Positions 28,500-38,300 of a stretch of DNA of 64,000 nt are shown in pieces. The first letter of the stretch is position 1; each line of letters opens with the position of its first letter. This DNA comes from Pseudomonadota bacterium (GTDB lineage Bacteria > Desulfobacterota > Desulfobacteria > Desulfobacterales > RPRI01): the NCBI GenBank assembly GCA_043825875.1, contig JBDRRF010000041.1:1-64000 (forward strand), in the 5' to 3' direction. Under the pieces are notes generated by a model. The model did not search any database. It saw only the letters and a list, made by a program, of their open reading frames with translations, and was not told where the DNA came from. A program made the translations under genes and the position numbers.

Positions 28500-30383
28500 T
28501 AGGGTAAATTTATTGTCTATGAATTTTTTCATCTGATCAGGGGTGTAGTCCAGGCATACGATCGGTTTTTTATCAAGTTGCATGTTTCCGTTCACCAGTT
28601 TGACGGTAATATTGCACAGCCAGTTCTCATTATCCCTTTTGTTAAAATCGGACCGGTAATGCGGACCCCTTGTCTCGGTTCTCATTGATGCCGCCCTGCA
28701 CATGGCCTCGACCATATCAATCATATTATAATTTTCAATAGCTTCTTTCCATTCCGTATTAAATGTTTTCGTCTTGTTGGAAACGATCATGCGTGGAAGA
28801 TCTTCTTTTCTGATCCGCATTAGCTCTTTGATGGAAGATTCAAGGTTTGCTCCGCTTCTTATTGGCCCTAAAGCCTTATAAGAAGCCCTTTGAATGGCGT
28901 GTCTTACAACATGAGGACGAATCGGTTTATTCACCTTTTTGTTGCGGATTTCATGGACTCGTGCAAATTCATTATTCACCGCCTTCCAGTCTATCTTATT
29001 AATCTGCTGATTATTGGCATATTCAGCCGCCTTAATTCCTGCAAGTGACCCGGCGCTCATACTTAAATCAATACTGCCGGTTCTCGCACCTCTTGAGCCG
29101 CCGCCAACGGGACAGAAAAGACCTGGAATTTCAGTTGATAGATTCTCGTCAATTATTGGGTGTGCATTGGATTCATACCATTCGAGAGCTACTTCAAGGA
29201 GATTTTTTTTAATATCAAATCCGAATGTATCTTTGTAAGGCTTAACATTTCGTCTGTAAAGGTCTCTTAAGCCCTCAATTTGAGCATCGGAACGGCAATC
29301 AATATACACGCCTCCATTGGGGCTACCTTTTCCTTCATAAATTTTTTTGGCGATTTCACGCGCAAACAACCCCCTGTGCATTTCTATTCGGGGAATATGT
29401 TTCATCCAGTAGTCCCCATTCTTGTCGCATATATAAGTATAGTCAACATCATCGGCGCCTATACCTCCATTATAGCTTGCTGCAAGACCTTCGGGGTATA
29501 TACTTATCAGGTCATTTGCCATGAATTCACAATCCGTCATTCCGGCTCCATGCCTGAAAGCTATTGCGTCCACATCTCCGGTATTATCAGGACTGTTAAC
29601 TGAGACAGGCCCTACGGACTTCCATCCATAGTGCCAGGTGCACGGACCTGTGGCGGCAATAGTAGCCTTTGCCCTGAAAACACGAAATGTGCCGGTAGGC
29701 AAATAAATACCCATAGCGCCAATACATTTACCATCTTGTATAAACAGATCAGTTATCATGGTCCTGTCAACCACGTTTATTGCGTATCTTTTAAGCTCGT
29801 CGGATTCATGGCGGCTGAACCCATGTTCTATCACATCCGCACCGGGTATCATGGGTATCGTGATCAGTTTTCCTTCTTTGGTTCTGCTAAAAGCCGTTGT
29901 CCCGCGATTGGCTATATTAAGCAGCAGCTGGTTATGGGAATTATGATTATAGATTGCGCTCATTACCTTCTGATTACCCAAGCCCTCTGAATACCACAAG
30001 TTGAACCTGTATGCCTTATCTCCATCTTTTGTACTGGCAACATAATTATCCCAATTCATGCCAAATCCGCCACTAAATCCAAATGGGCCCTTATCTATGA
30101 TCATTGAATCTGTACCTTGAGCGAATGTCTCCATTGCAGCAGATACAGCAGCAAAGCCGCCCCCAAGAATAAGTACATCCGTATCATATACTTCATAAAC
30201 CGGCTCGGGAACAGCAACGGTATTTCCAGGAATTTGAATTTCTTTTGCCTTATCTTTGCCGGCTGTGTTTGCAGAAGCAAGATTGGCAATACCCAGACTG
30301 CCTGCTATACCGCCTGCATAAATCCCCGCATCTTTAAAAAACTTTCTGCGGGACGTTTTCTTTTTCTCCTTATTTGCCGACAT
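28497..30383 (-). CDS. Tat-exported SdhA/FrdA-family flavoprotein, paralog 2
   Basis: SRRKFFK twin-arginine signal, GGGFAA, AKATIAATG, NTGD, RTETRGPHYRSDF; ATG 30383 after AAGGAGG. Confidence 0.88.
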   Translation of the reverse strand: MSANKEKKKTSRRKFFKDAGIYAGGIAGSLGIANLASANTAGKDKAKEIQIPGNTVAVPEPVYEVYDTDVLILGGGFAAVSAAMETFAQGTDSMIIDKGPFGFSGGFGMNWDNYVASTKDGDKAYRFNLWYSEGLGNQKVMSAIYNHNSHNQLLLNIANRGTTAFSRTKEGKLITIPMIPGADVIEHGFSRHESDELKRYAINVVDRTMITDLFIQDGKCIGAMGIYLPTGTFRVFRAKATIAATGPCTWHYGWKSVGPVSVNSPDNTGDVDAIAFRHGAGMTDCEFMANDLISIYPEGLAASYNGGIGADDVDYTYICDKNGDYWMKHIPRIEMHRGLFAREIAKKIYEGKGSPNGGVYIDCRSDAQIEGLRDLYRRNVKPYKDTFGFDIKKNLLEVALEWYESNAHPIIDENLSTEIPGLFCPVGGGSRGARTGSIDLSMSAGSLAGIKAAEYANNQQINKIDWKAVNNEFARVHEIRNKKVNKPIRPHVVRHAIQRASYKALGPIRSGANLESSIKELMRIRKEDLPRMIVSNKTKTFNTEWKEAIENYNMIDMVEAMCRAASMRTETRGPHYRSDFNKRDNENWLCNITVKLVNGNMQLDKKPIVCLDYTPDQMKKFIDNKFTL

Positions 30384-30465
30384 CTTTTTCCCTCCTTTCA
30401 AGATCCGGGAAATACTTTTTTTAATACATTGTTCGATGTTTGAGTTCCGATGGCAGTTGAGTCCC

Positions 30466-31239
30466 TTATCTGGCAGTATATCCGGCATCAACTACAAGTA
30501 TGTGGCCGGTAACATAATCAGATGCCTTGGAAGCCAGATAAATGGCTGTACCCTTTAAATCATCCGGCACACCCACGCCATGCATCGGTACAGTGGGCGC
30601 CAGCAATTTTACAGCCTCATCCCAGGCATCAGCTCCTCCGAGTTCTGTCCTAAAAAATCCCGGAGCAATGGCATTTACATTTATTCCATATGAAGCATAT
30701 TCAATAGCCATTTCCCGGGTAAGATTTGAAATCGCACCTTTTGATGCGCAATAGGCAGGAGTCGGAAATAAAGTGCTTCCTACTTGACCGAACATAGAAC
30801 TGATGTTGATTATTTTGCCGCTTTTTTGCTTTATCATCTGCCTTGCAGCTTCTCTTGCACAGAGGAAGACCCCGGTGATGTTTGTAGTCATTATATCATT
30901 CCAGTCTGCCAGTTCATATTCATGAACAGGCAGAGGTTTGCCTGCTATTCCCGCATTGTTGAATATTATATCTAACTTTCCGAACTTCTTTATTGTTTCT
31001 GAAACCATACGTTGAACATCATCTTCCTTGCGAACATCAGCTGGTATTATAAAAGCTGTGCCACCAAGTTCCTTGATTTTTTTCGCTACAATAGCTAAAC
31101 GATCTTCACGACGGGCAACACACACTACATTGGCTCCAACACTAGCCATAGCCTCAGCAAAAGCTGCTCCCAAACCACTGCTTGCCCCGGTCACAATGGC
31201 TACTTTTCCCGTAAGGTCAAATAAATCATTTACATTCAT
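30466..31239 (-). CDS. SDR family oxidoreductase
   Basis: TGASSGLG, NNAG, YCASK, NAIAPG. Confidence 0.92.
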   Translation of the reverse strand: MNVNDLFDLTGKVAIVTGASSGLGAAFAEAMASVGANVVCVARREDRLAIVAKKIKELGGTAFIIPADVRKEDDVQRMVSETIKKFGKLDIIFNNAGIAGKPLPVHEYELADWNDIMTTNITGVFLCAREAARQMIKQKSGKIINISSMFGQVGSTLFPTPAYCASKGAISNLTREMAIEYASYGINVNAIAPGFFRTELGGADAWDEAVKLLAPTVPMHGVGVPDDLKGTAIYLASKASDYVTGHILVVDAGYTAR

Positions 31240-31251
31240 CCCTTATTTCCT

Positions 31252-33141
31252 TTATAGGGTAAATTTATTGTCTATGAATTTTTTTACCTGCTCCGGTGAA
31301 TAGTCCAGACATACGATCGGCTTTTTCTCAAGCTGCAAGTTCCCGTTTTCCTGTTTAACGGTAATATTACACAGCCAGTTATCGTTATCCCTTTTGCTAT
31401 AGTCCGACCTGTAATGCTGGCCTCTTGTTTCCGTTCTCATTAATGCCGCCCTGCACATACATTCCACAAGATCAATCATGTTATAATTTTCAATTGCTTC
31501 TTTCCATTCAGTGTTGAAGGTTTTTGTTTTAGCAGAAACAACCATCCTGGGGAGATCTTCTTTTTTTATCCGTTCTATCTCTTTTATCGAAGCTTCAAGG
31601 CTTACTGCATCCCTTATCGGCCCTAAACCTTTATAAGCAGCCTTTTGAAGGGCATGTCTTACCACATGAGGCCTGATCGGATTTTTTACTTTTCTTTCAA
31701 GGATTTCATGGACTCGCGTAAATTCATTATATACAGGCTGCCAGTCTATACTGTTTATCTTGTTATCTTCGGCATATTTAACCGCCTTAATCGCTGCAAG
31801 TGAGGATGCACTCATGTTTAAAGCTATACCACCGCTTTTTGCACCTCTTAAGCCGCCACCCACGGGACAAAACAGACCTGGTATATCGGTTGCGAGATTT
31901 TCATCAATTATAGGATGTGCGTTGGATTCATACCATTCAACCGCTACTTCAAGCAGATCCTTTTGAACATCGATTCCAAATAACTCCTTATAAGGCTTTA
32001 CATTGCGCCTGTAAGTGTCTCTCAGATCATCAAGGATTTTGTTTGAACGGCAGTCAATATATACACCTCCATTGGGGCTCCCTTTTCCTTCAAGGATTTT
32101 TTTTGCAACCTCGCGTGCAAATAATCCCCTGTTCATTTCCGCTTTAGGGATATCCTTCATCCAGAAGTCGCCGTTCTTGTCGCAAATGTATTCATAATCG
32201 ATATCATCTGCACCGATACCCCCATTGTAGCTTGCGGCAAGGCCTTCAGGATATATGCTTATAAGATCGTTTGCAAAAAACTCGCACCCTGTTATTCTAG
32301 CACCGTTTCTTAAAGCAATAGCATCCAGATCCCCTGTATTATCAGGACTTCCAAGAGAAATAGGGCTTACGGAAATCCAGCCGTAATGCCATGTGCAAGG
32401 ACCTGTAGCTAAAATTGTGGCTTTGGCTCTGAAAACACGAAACGCCCCTGTCGGCAAATATATGCCCATTGCACCGATACAACGTCCGTCCTGTATAAAC
32501 AGGTTGGTAATCATTGTCCTGTCAACTACATTTATACCCTGCCTTTTTATCTCATCGGATTCATGTCTGCTGAATCCATGCTCTACCATTTCCTGGCCCG
32601 GCATTGGTATTTTGAATAATTTTCCGGTTTTGGTTCTTGAAAAAGCTGTGGTGCCACGGTTTGCTATTTCAACCATTATCTGGTGATTCGGCATATGATT
32701 AAAAACTGCTTTAAGCGCCTTCTGATTGCACAGGCCTTCCGAATACCAGAAGTTAAATTTGTAAGCCATATCGCCGTTTGTAATGCTTGTGATGTAATTG
32801 TCCCAATTCATGCCAAAGCCGCCGCTGTAGCCGAACGGCCCCTTATCCACCATCATCAGGTTGGCCCCCTGGCCGAATGCTTCCATTGCTGCAGATACTG
32901 CCGCAAATCCACCGCCAAGTATGAGTATGTCAGTATTATAAACTTCATAAACCGGTTCAGGTACTTTAACTGTTGATCCCGGAATCTGTATTTCTTTTGC
33001 AGTATCTTTACTTGCTGTGGCAGCACCTGCAAGATTGGCCATTCCCATACTGCCTGCTATACCGCCTGCAAAAAGTCCCGCATTTTTCAAAAACTCCCTG
33101 CGGGATGCTTTTTTGTTTTCCTTCTTTTCTTCTTGTGCCAT
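31252..33141 (-). CDS. Tat-exported SdhA/FrdA-family flavoprotein, paralog 1
   Basis: SRREFLK signal; collinear with 28497-30383 over its full length; ATG 33141 after GAAGGAG. Confidence 0.88.
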   Translation of the reverse strand: MAQEEKKENKKASRREFLKNAGLFAGGIAGSMGMANLAGAATASKDTAKEIQIPGSTVKVPEPVYEVYNTDILILGGGFAAVSAAMEAFGQGANLMMVDKGPFGYSGGFGMNWDNYITSITNGDMAYKFNFWYSEGLCNQKALKAVFNHMPNHQIMVEIANRGTTAFSRTKTGKLFKIPMPGQEMVEHGFSRHESDEIKRQGINVVDRTMITNLFIQDGRCIGAMGIYLPTGAFRVFRAKATILATGPCTWHYGWISVSPISLGSPDNTGDLDAIALRNGARITGCEFFANDLISIYPEGLAASYNGGIGADDIDYEYICDKNGDFWMKDIPKAEMNRGLFAREVAKKILEGKGSPNGGVYIDCRSNKILDDLRDTYRRNVKPYKELFGIDVQKDLLEVAVEWYESNAHPIIDENLATDIPGLFCPVGGGLRGAKSGGIALNMSASSLAAIKAVKYAEDNKINSIDWQPVYNEFTRVHEILERKVKNPIRPHVVRHALQKAAYKGLGPIRDAVSLEASIKEIERIKKEDLPRMVVSAKTKTFNTEWKEAIENYNMIDLVECMCRAALMRTETRGQHYRSDYSKRDNDNWLCNITVKQENGNLQLEKKPIVCLDYSPEQVKKFIDNKFTL

Positions 33142-33160
33142 TTGTGTCTCTCCTTCTTTA

Positions 33161-33922
33161 TTATACAACGGATCTCCCGCCGTCTATAGCGATAGATTGC
33201 CCCGTAATATATGAAGACCCATCAGAACACAGCCAGAGTACAGTTTCGGCAATCTCCTGCGGCACCCCAAGCCGGCCTATCGGTGTAGTCTCATTGAGCT
33301 TTGCCTCCGTTCCCGGATTGCGTTTAAGGTATCCCTCCGTCCCAGGAGTGAGGATCGGGCCCGGACAAACCGCATTCACACGAATACCTGATTTGGCATA
33401 TTCTAAAGCAGTTGTTTTTGTTAGCCCCAATACTCCATGCTTGCTGGCTGAATAAGCGCACTGATAAGGTGTACCATGTAATCCCGAAGCTGATGACATA
33501 TTTACTATAACCCCACCTCCCTGCTTTAACATGTGAGGTATCTCATATTTCATGCACAGCCAGACTCCTTTAAGATTGATATTCATAAGATGGTCCCAGT
33601 CTTCTTCTGCAAAATCTGCTGTTAACGCCAAATTTACACCTACCCCAACGTTATTAAAGGCATAATCAATACGGTCATATATCCCAATCGTTTCCCGTAC
33701 CATCTCCTCAATCTCAATTCGCTGGCTGATATCAGTCTTGACGAAATAGGCATCACCACCAGCTTCTTTGATCATCCGGACAGTATCTTCACCGCCCTTT
33801 ACCATAATATCAGCAATAACAATCTTTGCCTTTTCCCTTGCGAAAGCCAAAGCAGTTGCCTGGCCAATCCCCATAGCCCCACCGGTTATCAGGGCAACCT
33901 TGTTCTGAAATTTACCTTCCAT
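33161..33922 (-). CDS. SDR family oxidoreductase
   Basis: TGGAMGIG, YSASK, NAVCPG; ATG 33922 after AAGGAG; related to 53225-54001. Confidence 0.92.
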   Translation of the reverse strand: MEGKFQNKVALITGGAMGIGQATALAFAREKAKIVIADIMVKGGEDTVRMIKEAGGDAYFVKTDISQRIEIEEMVRETIGIYDRIDYAFNNVGVGVNLALTADFAEEDWDHLMNINLKGVWLCMKYEIPHMLKQGGGVIVNMSSASGLHGTPYQCAYSASKHGVLGLTKTTALEYAKSGIRVNAVCPGPILTPGTEGYLKRNPGTEAKLNETTPIGRLGVPQEIAETVLWLCSDGSSYITGQSIAIDGGRSVV

Positions 33923-33936
33923 GCGACATCTCCTTA

Positions 33937-34995
33937 TTATGGGGTTCCCCCGTCCAAAGGCATTGTTAACCTGCCCCACTCCGCGTAAGTAATCATATCC
34001 TTGATGAGAATAATTTGCCCATCAGGAAGGAATATACGGCCATTAGTTTTCACAAGATTTCCGTAACGAGTGGTATGGCCCCTGCGGGTAATGAAACAAT
34101 AAAAGACCCTCCCGCCTGCAACCATGTCCAGATCTGCTATACCTTTGTCGGAGCTCATATTAACATGCCAGCGGCCCGGAACCCGCATAAGGGTTTGGGG
34201 GTCTGTCCACCAATCAAGTTCACTTACAATGATTTCGCCCAGACCGAAAGGGATCTCCTTACCATCCACATAAGCACGGCCGTAGCCAAGTCCGCCTGCC
34301 GGCATACTCAAAATAAAGATCTGTGTTGATTTGTTCAAACCTGCTATGTAGTAATATGGTTCACGCATTGCTTTGGAATGATCGTATGCCTCACTAAAAG
34401 TCATCATTTCGTGGATGCCAAACCCATTTTCAAGTGTATATGTCTTGCCCTCGAAAGTTATCGTCCCTTCGGCCCAGCAGCACTGGTGATAACCGGCTCT
34501 GCCCGTTGTGGCCAAATCGGAATAAAGCCCCCATACCCGGGAAGCTTTCCCAAGTCCACCCAGGGTCAGGTTGCATTCCACACCTTGCTGCTCACCTTTC
34601 ATTTCCCAATAAGGTGGTCGTGAGATATATTGGCGGTTACCCGGATTCCAGCTTACCTCATCCGGCTTTTCCACAATACGAATACTATCTGTCCATTCTG
34701 AAGGATCCAGACGGTTTGCTATAAATTGGCTATCTTGTATACTGCCCCATTTATCTTTGGGTATCTTCAAAAACATATTCTGACCCATCAAAGAGTCATC
34801 AACCCGCCATTTTCCTTTTCTGCCACCTCCGGTACGCCATGCGCCTGCTCCAAAAAGCAAGATATGACCGTCAGATTCGCCCAATACCGGTCCTCCGATC
34901 CACTCACAAAAGTCCATACCCTGGGGCAATTCGGTCACATGACTCATGTCCTCACTGAGTTGCACGTCGCTTATTGCTTCTCTTGCTTTTGTCAT
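33937..34995 (-). CDS. Uncharacterised AttH/CrtC-like protein, paralog X3
   Basis: SDVQLSEDMSH, GNRQYISRPPYWEMKGE, EGTITFEGKTYTL, WTDPQT...PGRW. Confidence 0.75.
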   Translation of the reverse strand: MTKAREAISDVQLSEDMSHVTELPQGMDFCEWIGGPVLGESDGHILLFGAGAWRTGGGRKGKWRVDDSLMGQNMFLKIPKDKWGSIQDSQFIANRLDPSEWTDSIRIVEKPDEVSWNPGNRQYISRPPYWEMKGEQQGVECNLTLGGLGKASRVWGLYSDLATTGRAGYHQCCWAEGTITFEGKTYTLENGFGIHEMMTFSEAYDHSKAMREPYYYIAGLNKSTQIFILSMPAGGLGYGRAYVDGKEIPFGLGEIIVSELDWWTDPQTLMRVPGRWHVNMSSDKGIADLDMVAGGRVFYCFITRRGHTTRYGNLVKTNGRIFLPDGQIILIKDMITYAEWGRLTMPLDGGTP

Positions 34996-35024
34996 AGTTA
35001 TACCCTCCCCATATTAAAGTTTTG

Positions 35025-35855
35025 TTATTGACCAATAAACAGAGGCTTTTTCGCTTCGCGCAGGAGATATTTAATTAAACTTCCCAGAAAAAAACTTTTT
35101 AAAGCATCTTTTGAATGAACACCGGCAATAAACATATCAACCTCATCCATGTATTTTTCCTTGATCTCGGTTATAATGTTCCTGGAAGTCCATTCTGTTT
35201 TAATGATTGGTTGACCGTGAGCTTTCATATACTCTTTCGCTTTGTTTAAATAGTACATGGCCGTATCCTGCTCCGGATGTGACATAAGGATAATAAACTC
35301 AACTTCTTTGTCACGAGAAATATTTGCAAAACATTTCATAGCACGTGCTGCCGGCAAGCTGCCATCGAAAGCTATGAGGGCTTTTCGTATGGGGATAAAA
35401 TTTTTAGGAACTGCTAAGATCGGAGTAATGGTATGGGAAAGTATTTTTTCCAAAGGCATCTCTACATTTTCCAATTCATCAAAATAATAGGATGACCTGA
35501 ATCCCATTACCAGCAAATCGTAGAACATGCTCTGAAACATGATCTGCTCCGTACATGTTCCCTGGAATTCGGTTGTTTCATGCGCTACGCCTTCAGCTTC
35601 ACATGTCTTATTAAATTTATCGAGCACTTTGGTTATGCGCTGATTGATCTGTTCAAGAACACGCTTGTCCAGTTTTTCGGTCCAGCTGGGCATTTTGGCA
35701 TAAGCCGGGCCAAAGCACTTCTGAATGCCTGGCTCAATAAGTACTGCTGTTCCGGTAATAGTGGCTTCCTGACGTTTGGCCACAAAACATGCATATTGAA
35801 GAGCAGAATCGGTGTAGCTTGAGAAATCCAAGGGTAATAAGATGTTACTAATCAT
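35025..35855 (-). CDS. Universal stress protein (tandem USP domains)
   Basis: NILLPLDFS, DLLVMG, IAFDGS, FFLGS...PLFI; ATG 35855 after AAGGAGG. Confidence 0.88.
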   Translation of the reverse strand: MISNILLPLDFSSYTDSALQYACFVAKRQEATITGTAVLIEPGIQKCFGPAYAKMPSWTEKLDKRVLEQINQRITKVLDKFNKTCEAEGVAHETTEFQGTCTEQIMFQSMFYDLLVMGFRSSYYFDELENVEMPLEKILSHTITPILAVPKNFIPIRKALIAFDGSLPAARAMKCFANISRDKEVEFIILMSHPEQDTAMYYLNKAKEYMKAHGQPIIKTEWTSRNIITEIKEKYMDEVDMFIAGVHSKDALKSFFLGSLIKYLLREAKKPLFIGQ

Positions 35856-35951
35856 GAACGCCTCCTTTAAATTGTTAAATACAATAGTGATTTCATTTTG
35901 CAAGCAGTTAAAAAACCTCGACTGCGTCTTTTGATCTAAAAAGGAATCTTA

Positions 35952-36713
35952 CTACATTCTTAAGCCACCATTGATACTGTAATCCTGACCTGTTATCCAA
36001 TTGGCATCTTCAGAGGCCAGAAAAGCGACCATAGCTGCTATCTCCACCGGCTCTCCAAGCCTCCCTAATGGCACCGCAGATACATATTTGTCCTGGATAC
36101 CCGAAAATTTAGCCATAGCCCTAGCAAGTGCCGGAGTATTAACCGGTCCCGGAGAAATACAATTGACAGTAATGCCATCTGCGGCCAATTCCAGGGCAAT
36201 CGCCCTTGTGAACCCTGCTACTGCCGCCTTACATCCGGAATAAATAGAATGATAAGCAGTACCATGTTTGCCGGAATCCGATCCTATATTGATGATCCTG
36301 CCTTTTTTCTGCTCAAGCATTTTGGGGATGACAGCTTTGCAGCACAAAAGGGTACCTATAAATAATATATCGGTTTCCGTTTTCCATGACACCAGATCAG
36401 TTTCATGAAAACGTTTAAAAGAGTAATCATCGGCCTGAGGACCGTGACAGTTGACCAGGATATCCACGCGACCGAATTTGGCAATGCTCTTTTTAACCAT
36501 CTCACTAACATCATTACTACTGGTTACATCAACTTTAATCGCCAGCGCTTTGCCGCCGGATTTATTTATTTTTTCTGCTCCTTTTTCTGCTTCTTCTTTG
36601 TGCACATCCGTCAAAACAACACTGGCGCCTTCTGCAGCCAGCATTGTGGCAATGGCGAGTCCTATGCCCCCGGCCGCCCCTGTGATTATGGCTACTTTAT
36701 TTTCAAGTCGCAT
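35952..36713 (-). CDS. SDR family oxidoreductase
   Basis: TGAAGGIG, NIGSDSG, YSGCK, NCISPG. Confidence 0.92.
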   Translation of the reverse strand: MRLENKVAIITGAAGGIGLAIATMLAAEGASVVLTDVHKEEAEKGAEKINKSGGKALAIKVDVTSSNDVSEMVKKSIAKFGRVDILVNCHGPQADDYSFKRFHETDLVSWKTETDILFIGTLLCCKAVIPKMLEQKKGRIINIGSDSGKHGTAYHSIYSGCKAAVAGFTRAIALELAADGITVNCISPGPVNTPALARAMAKFSGIQDKYVSAVPLGRLGEPVEIAAMVAFLASEDANWITGQDYSINGGLRM

Positions 36714-36812
36714 ATTTATTCTCCATTTTAGCTATTACCCCTAAAAGCGGCACTAATATTTCCAGTAGATTTTTAATCTCTTCATTTATCCCTATATAGT
36801 TAAAATGGTTTG

Positions 36813-37886
36813 CTAAGCAGCTGAAGGTGCTCCACTCTCCAAGCTCATAACAGTCCTGCCCCATTCAACATAGCTCAATATATCCGGGATTTGAACACTT
36901 CGCCCATCAGAAAGAACAACACTTCCGCTGGTTCTCGCATTGAGCCCATAACGCATGTTATAGCCTTTTTTATTTACTACGCAATATATCCCTCTTCCTC
37001 CGGAGCCCACAATCATGTCCACACCACCGCCCGTTGATTTCATATTAACATGCCAGCGCACCGGGACTTGCATACCTGTCTCAGGGTCTGTCCATAATTC
37101 CAGTTCATCCATGGTGATCTCATTATGGCTGAAGGGGATCTCCTGGTCATCCACATAAACGCGTCCATAACTGACCCCGGCTTTCGGCATGCAGAAAAGA
37201 AAAATCTGTACAGACCCGCTAAGGCACCATATATATGTATAAGGCTCCCGTATGAGTTCCATGTGATCATAGCTATGCCCAAAGGTCATTTGGTCATGAA
37301 TGCCATAAGCTTTTTCGAGTGTGTATACCTTGCCCTTTACTGTTATTGTGCCTTCGACCCAGCAACGCTGCTCATAACCGGCTCGGGTGGTTGTAGGTAA
37401 GTCGGGCCATAGCCCATAGCAACGGGAAGCATTGCCTATTCCGCCCAGAGTCAAATTACAATCCACTCCAAGATGTTCGCCTTTAGCCTCCCAATAGGGT
37501 GGTCTGGAGATGAACTGTCGGTTGCCGGCCTTCCAGATTATATGGTCAGGTTTTTGAATAATTTGAACTTTGCCTGTCCATTCAGAGGCATCCAGGCGGT
37601 TGCCAACAAAGAAACTATCGTGCATCCTGCCCTGTTTATCCTGGGGAACCATCACTAAAGTAGTCTGGTTCATCATAGCGTCATCGGCCTTCCATTTCCC
37701 GTTCCGCCCTCCTCCGACATGCCACGCGCCAACACCCAAAGCAATGTCATAACCTTCTGACTCTCCCATTACCAGGACACCGTTAAGCTCCATGAAGTCA
37801 CTTCCCTGATCCTTAGGCAATTCGGCCACATGACTCAGGTCTTCGCTCAGTTGCACATCGCTCGTTGCTTCTCTTTTTTCCGCCAT
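36813..37886 (-). CDS. Uncharacterised AttH/CrtC-like protein, paralog X4
   Basis: Close paralog of X3; EGTITVKGKVYTL..AYGIHD, WTDPETG...PVRW; ATG 37886 after AAGGAG. Confidence 0.75.
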   Translation of the reverse strand: MAEKREATSDVQLSEDLSHVAELPKDQGSDFMELNGVLVMGESEGYDIALGVGAWHVGGGRNGKWKADDAMMNQTTLVMVPQDKQGRMHDSFFVGNRLDASEWTGKVQIIQKPDHIIWKAGNRQFISRPPYWEAKGEHLGVDCNLTLGGIGNASRCYGLWPDLPTTTRAGYEQRCWVEGTITVKGKVYTLEKAYGIHDQMTFGHSYDHMELIREPYTYIWCLSGSVQIFLFCMPKAGVSYGRVYVDDQEIPFSHNEITMDELELWTDPETGMQVPVRWHVNMKSTGGGVDMIVGSGGRGIYCVVNKKGYNMRYGLNARTSGSVVLSDGRSVQIPDILSYVEWGRTVMSLESGAPSAA

Positions 37887-38227
37887 TGTTAAGCACTCCT
37901 TTTGAATAAAAATATTTAGCAAAAAACTAATTGCAGATAGTTGTAGCTCATCTCTGATGAAAGAGGTTTCCCAATGTATTTAAGAAGTATAAGTCTTAAG
38001 ATTAACTTTGACTTATATTTTTTTTATAGTTTTGTATTTGAGGGTGATGCATAGTTGCTATGGATCATAAGCTTAGATCGGGATTGTATGGTTATATCTA
38101 TTGCTTGCTATCATAGGGGTAGCACAGATTTTCTTATCAACAGAATTTACATGCAATGCCCTATGAACTGGATAGTTGAGCATCTCCTCCGTAAACCGGG
38201 TTGCCTTGTAAACCTTGTCTCTCAAAG

Positions 38228-38261
38228 TATTATTGCCGGAGCGAGGTGTCCGGCAATAATA
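38228..38261 (-). terminator. Intrinsic terminator candidate after transport operon 1
   Basis: 13-bp perfect stem TATTATTGCCGGA / TCCGGCAATAATA. Confidence 0.7.
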
Positions 38262-38300
38262 ACTAAATAACGATTTTACTATATTGCTATTGGCCTGCTT

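Noticed and set aside
27662..33141. Calling these genes sdhAB/frdAB or aprA
   Set aside because: Dicarboxylate-binding and covalent-FAD motifs are missing and Tat signals are present, so no gene symbol was assigned
37930..38220. Moco/Wco riboswitch in the leader upstream of X4
   Set aside because: Only weak pairing is visible by eye; an Rfam cmscan hit would be needed
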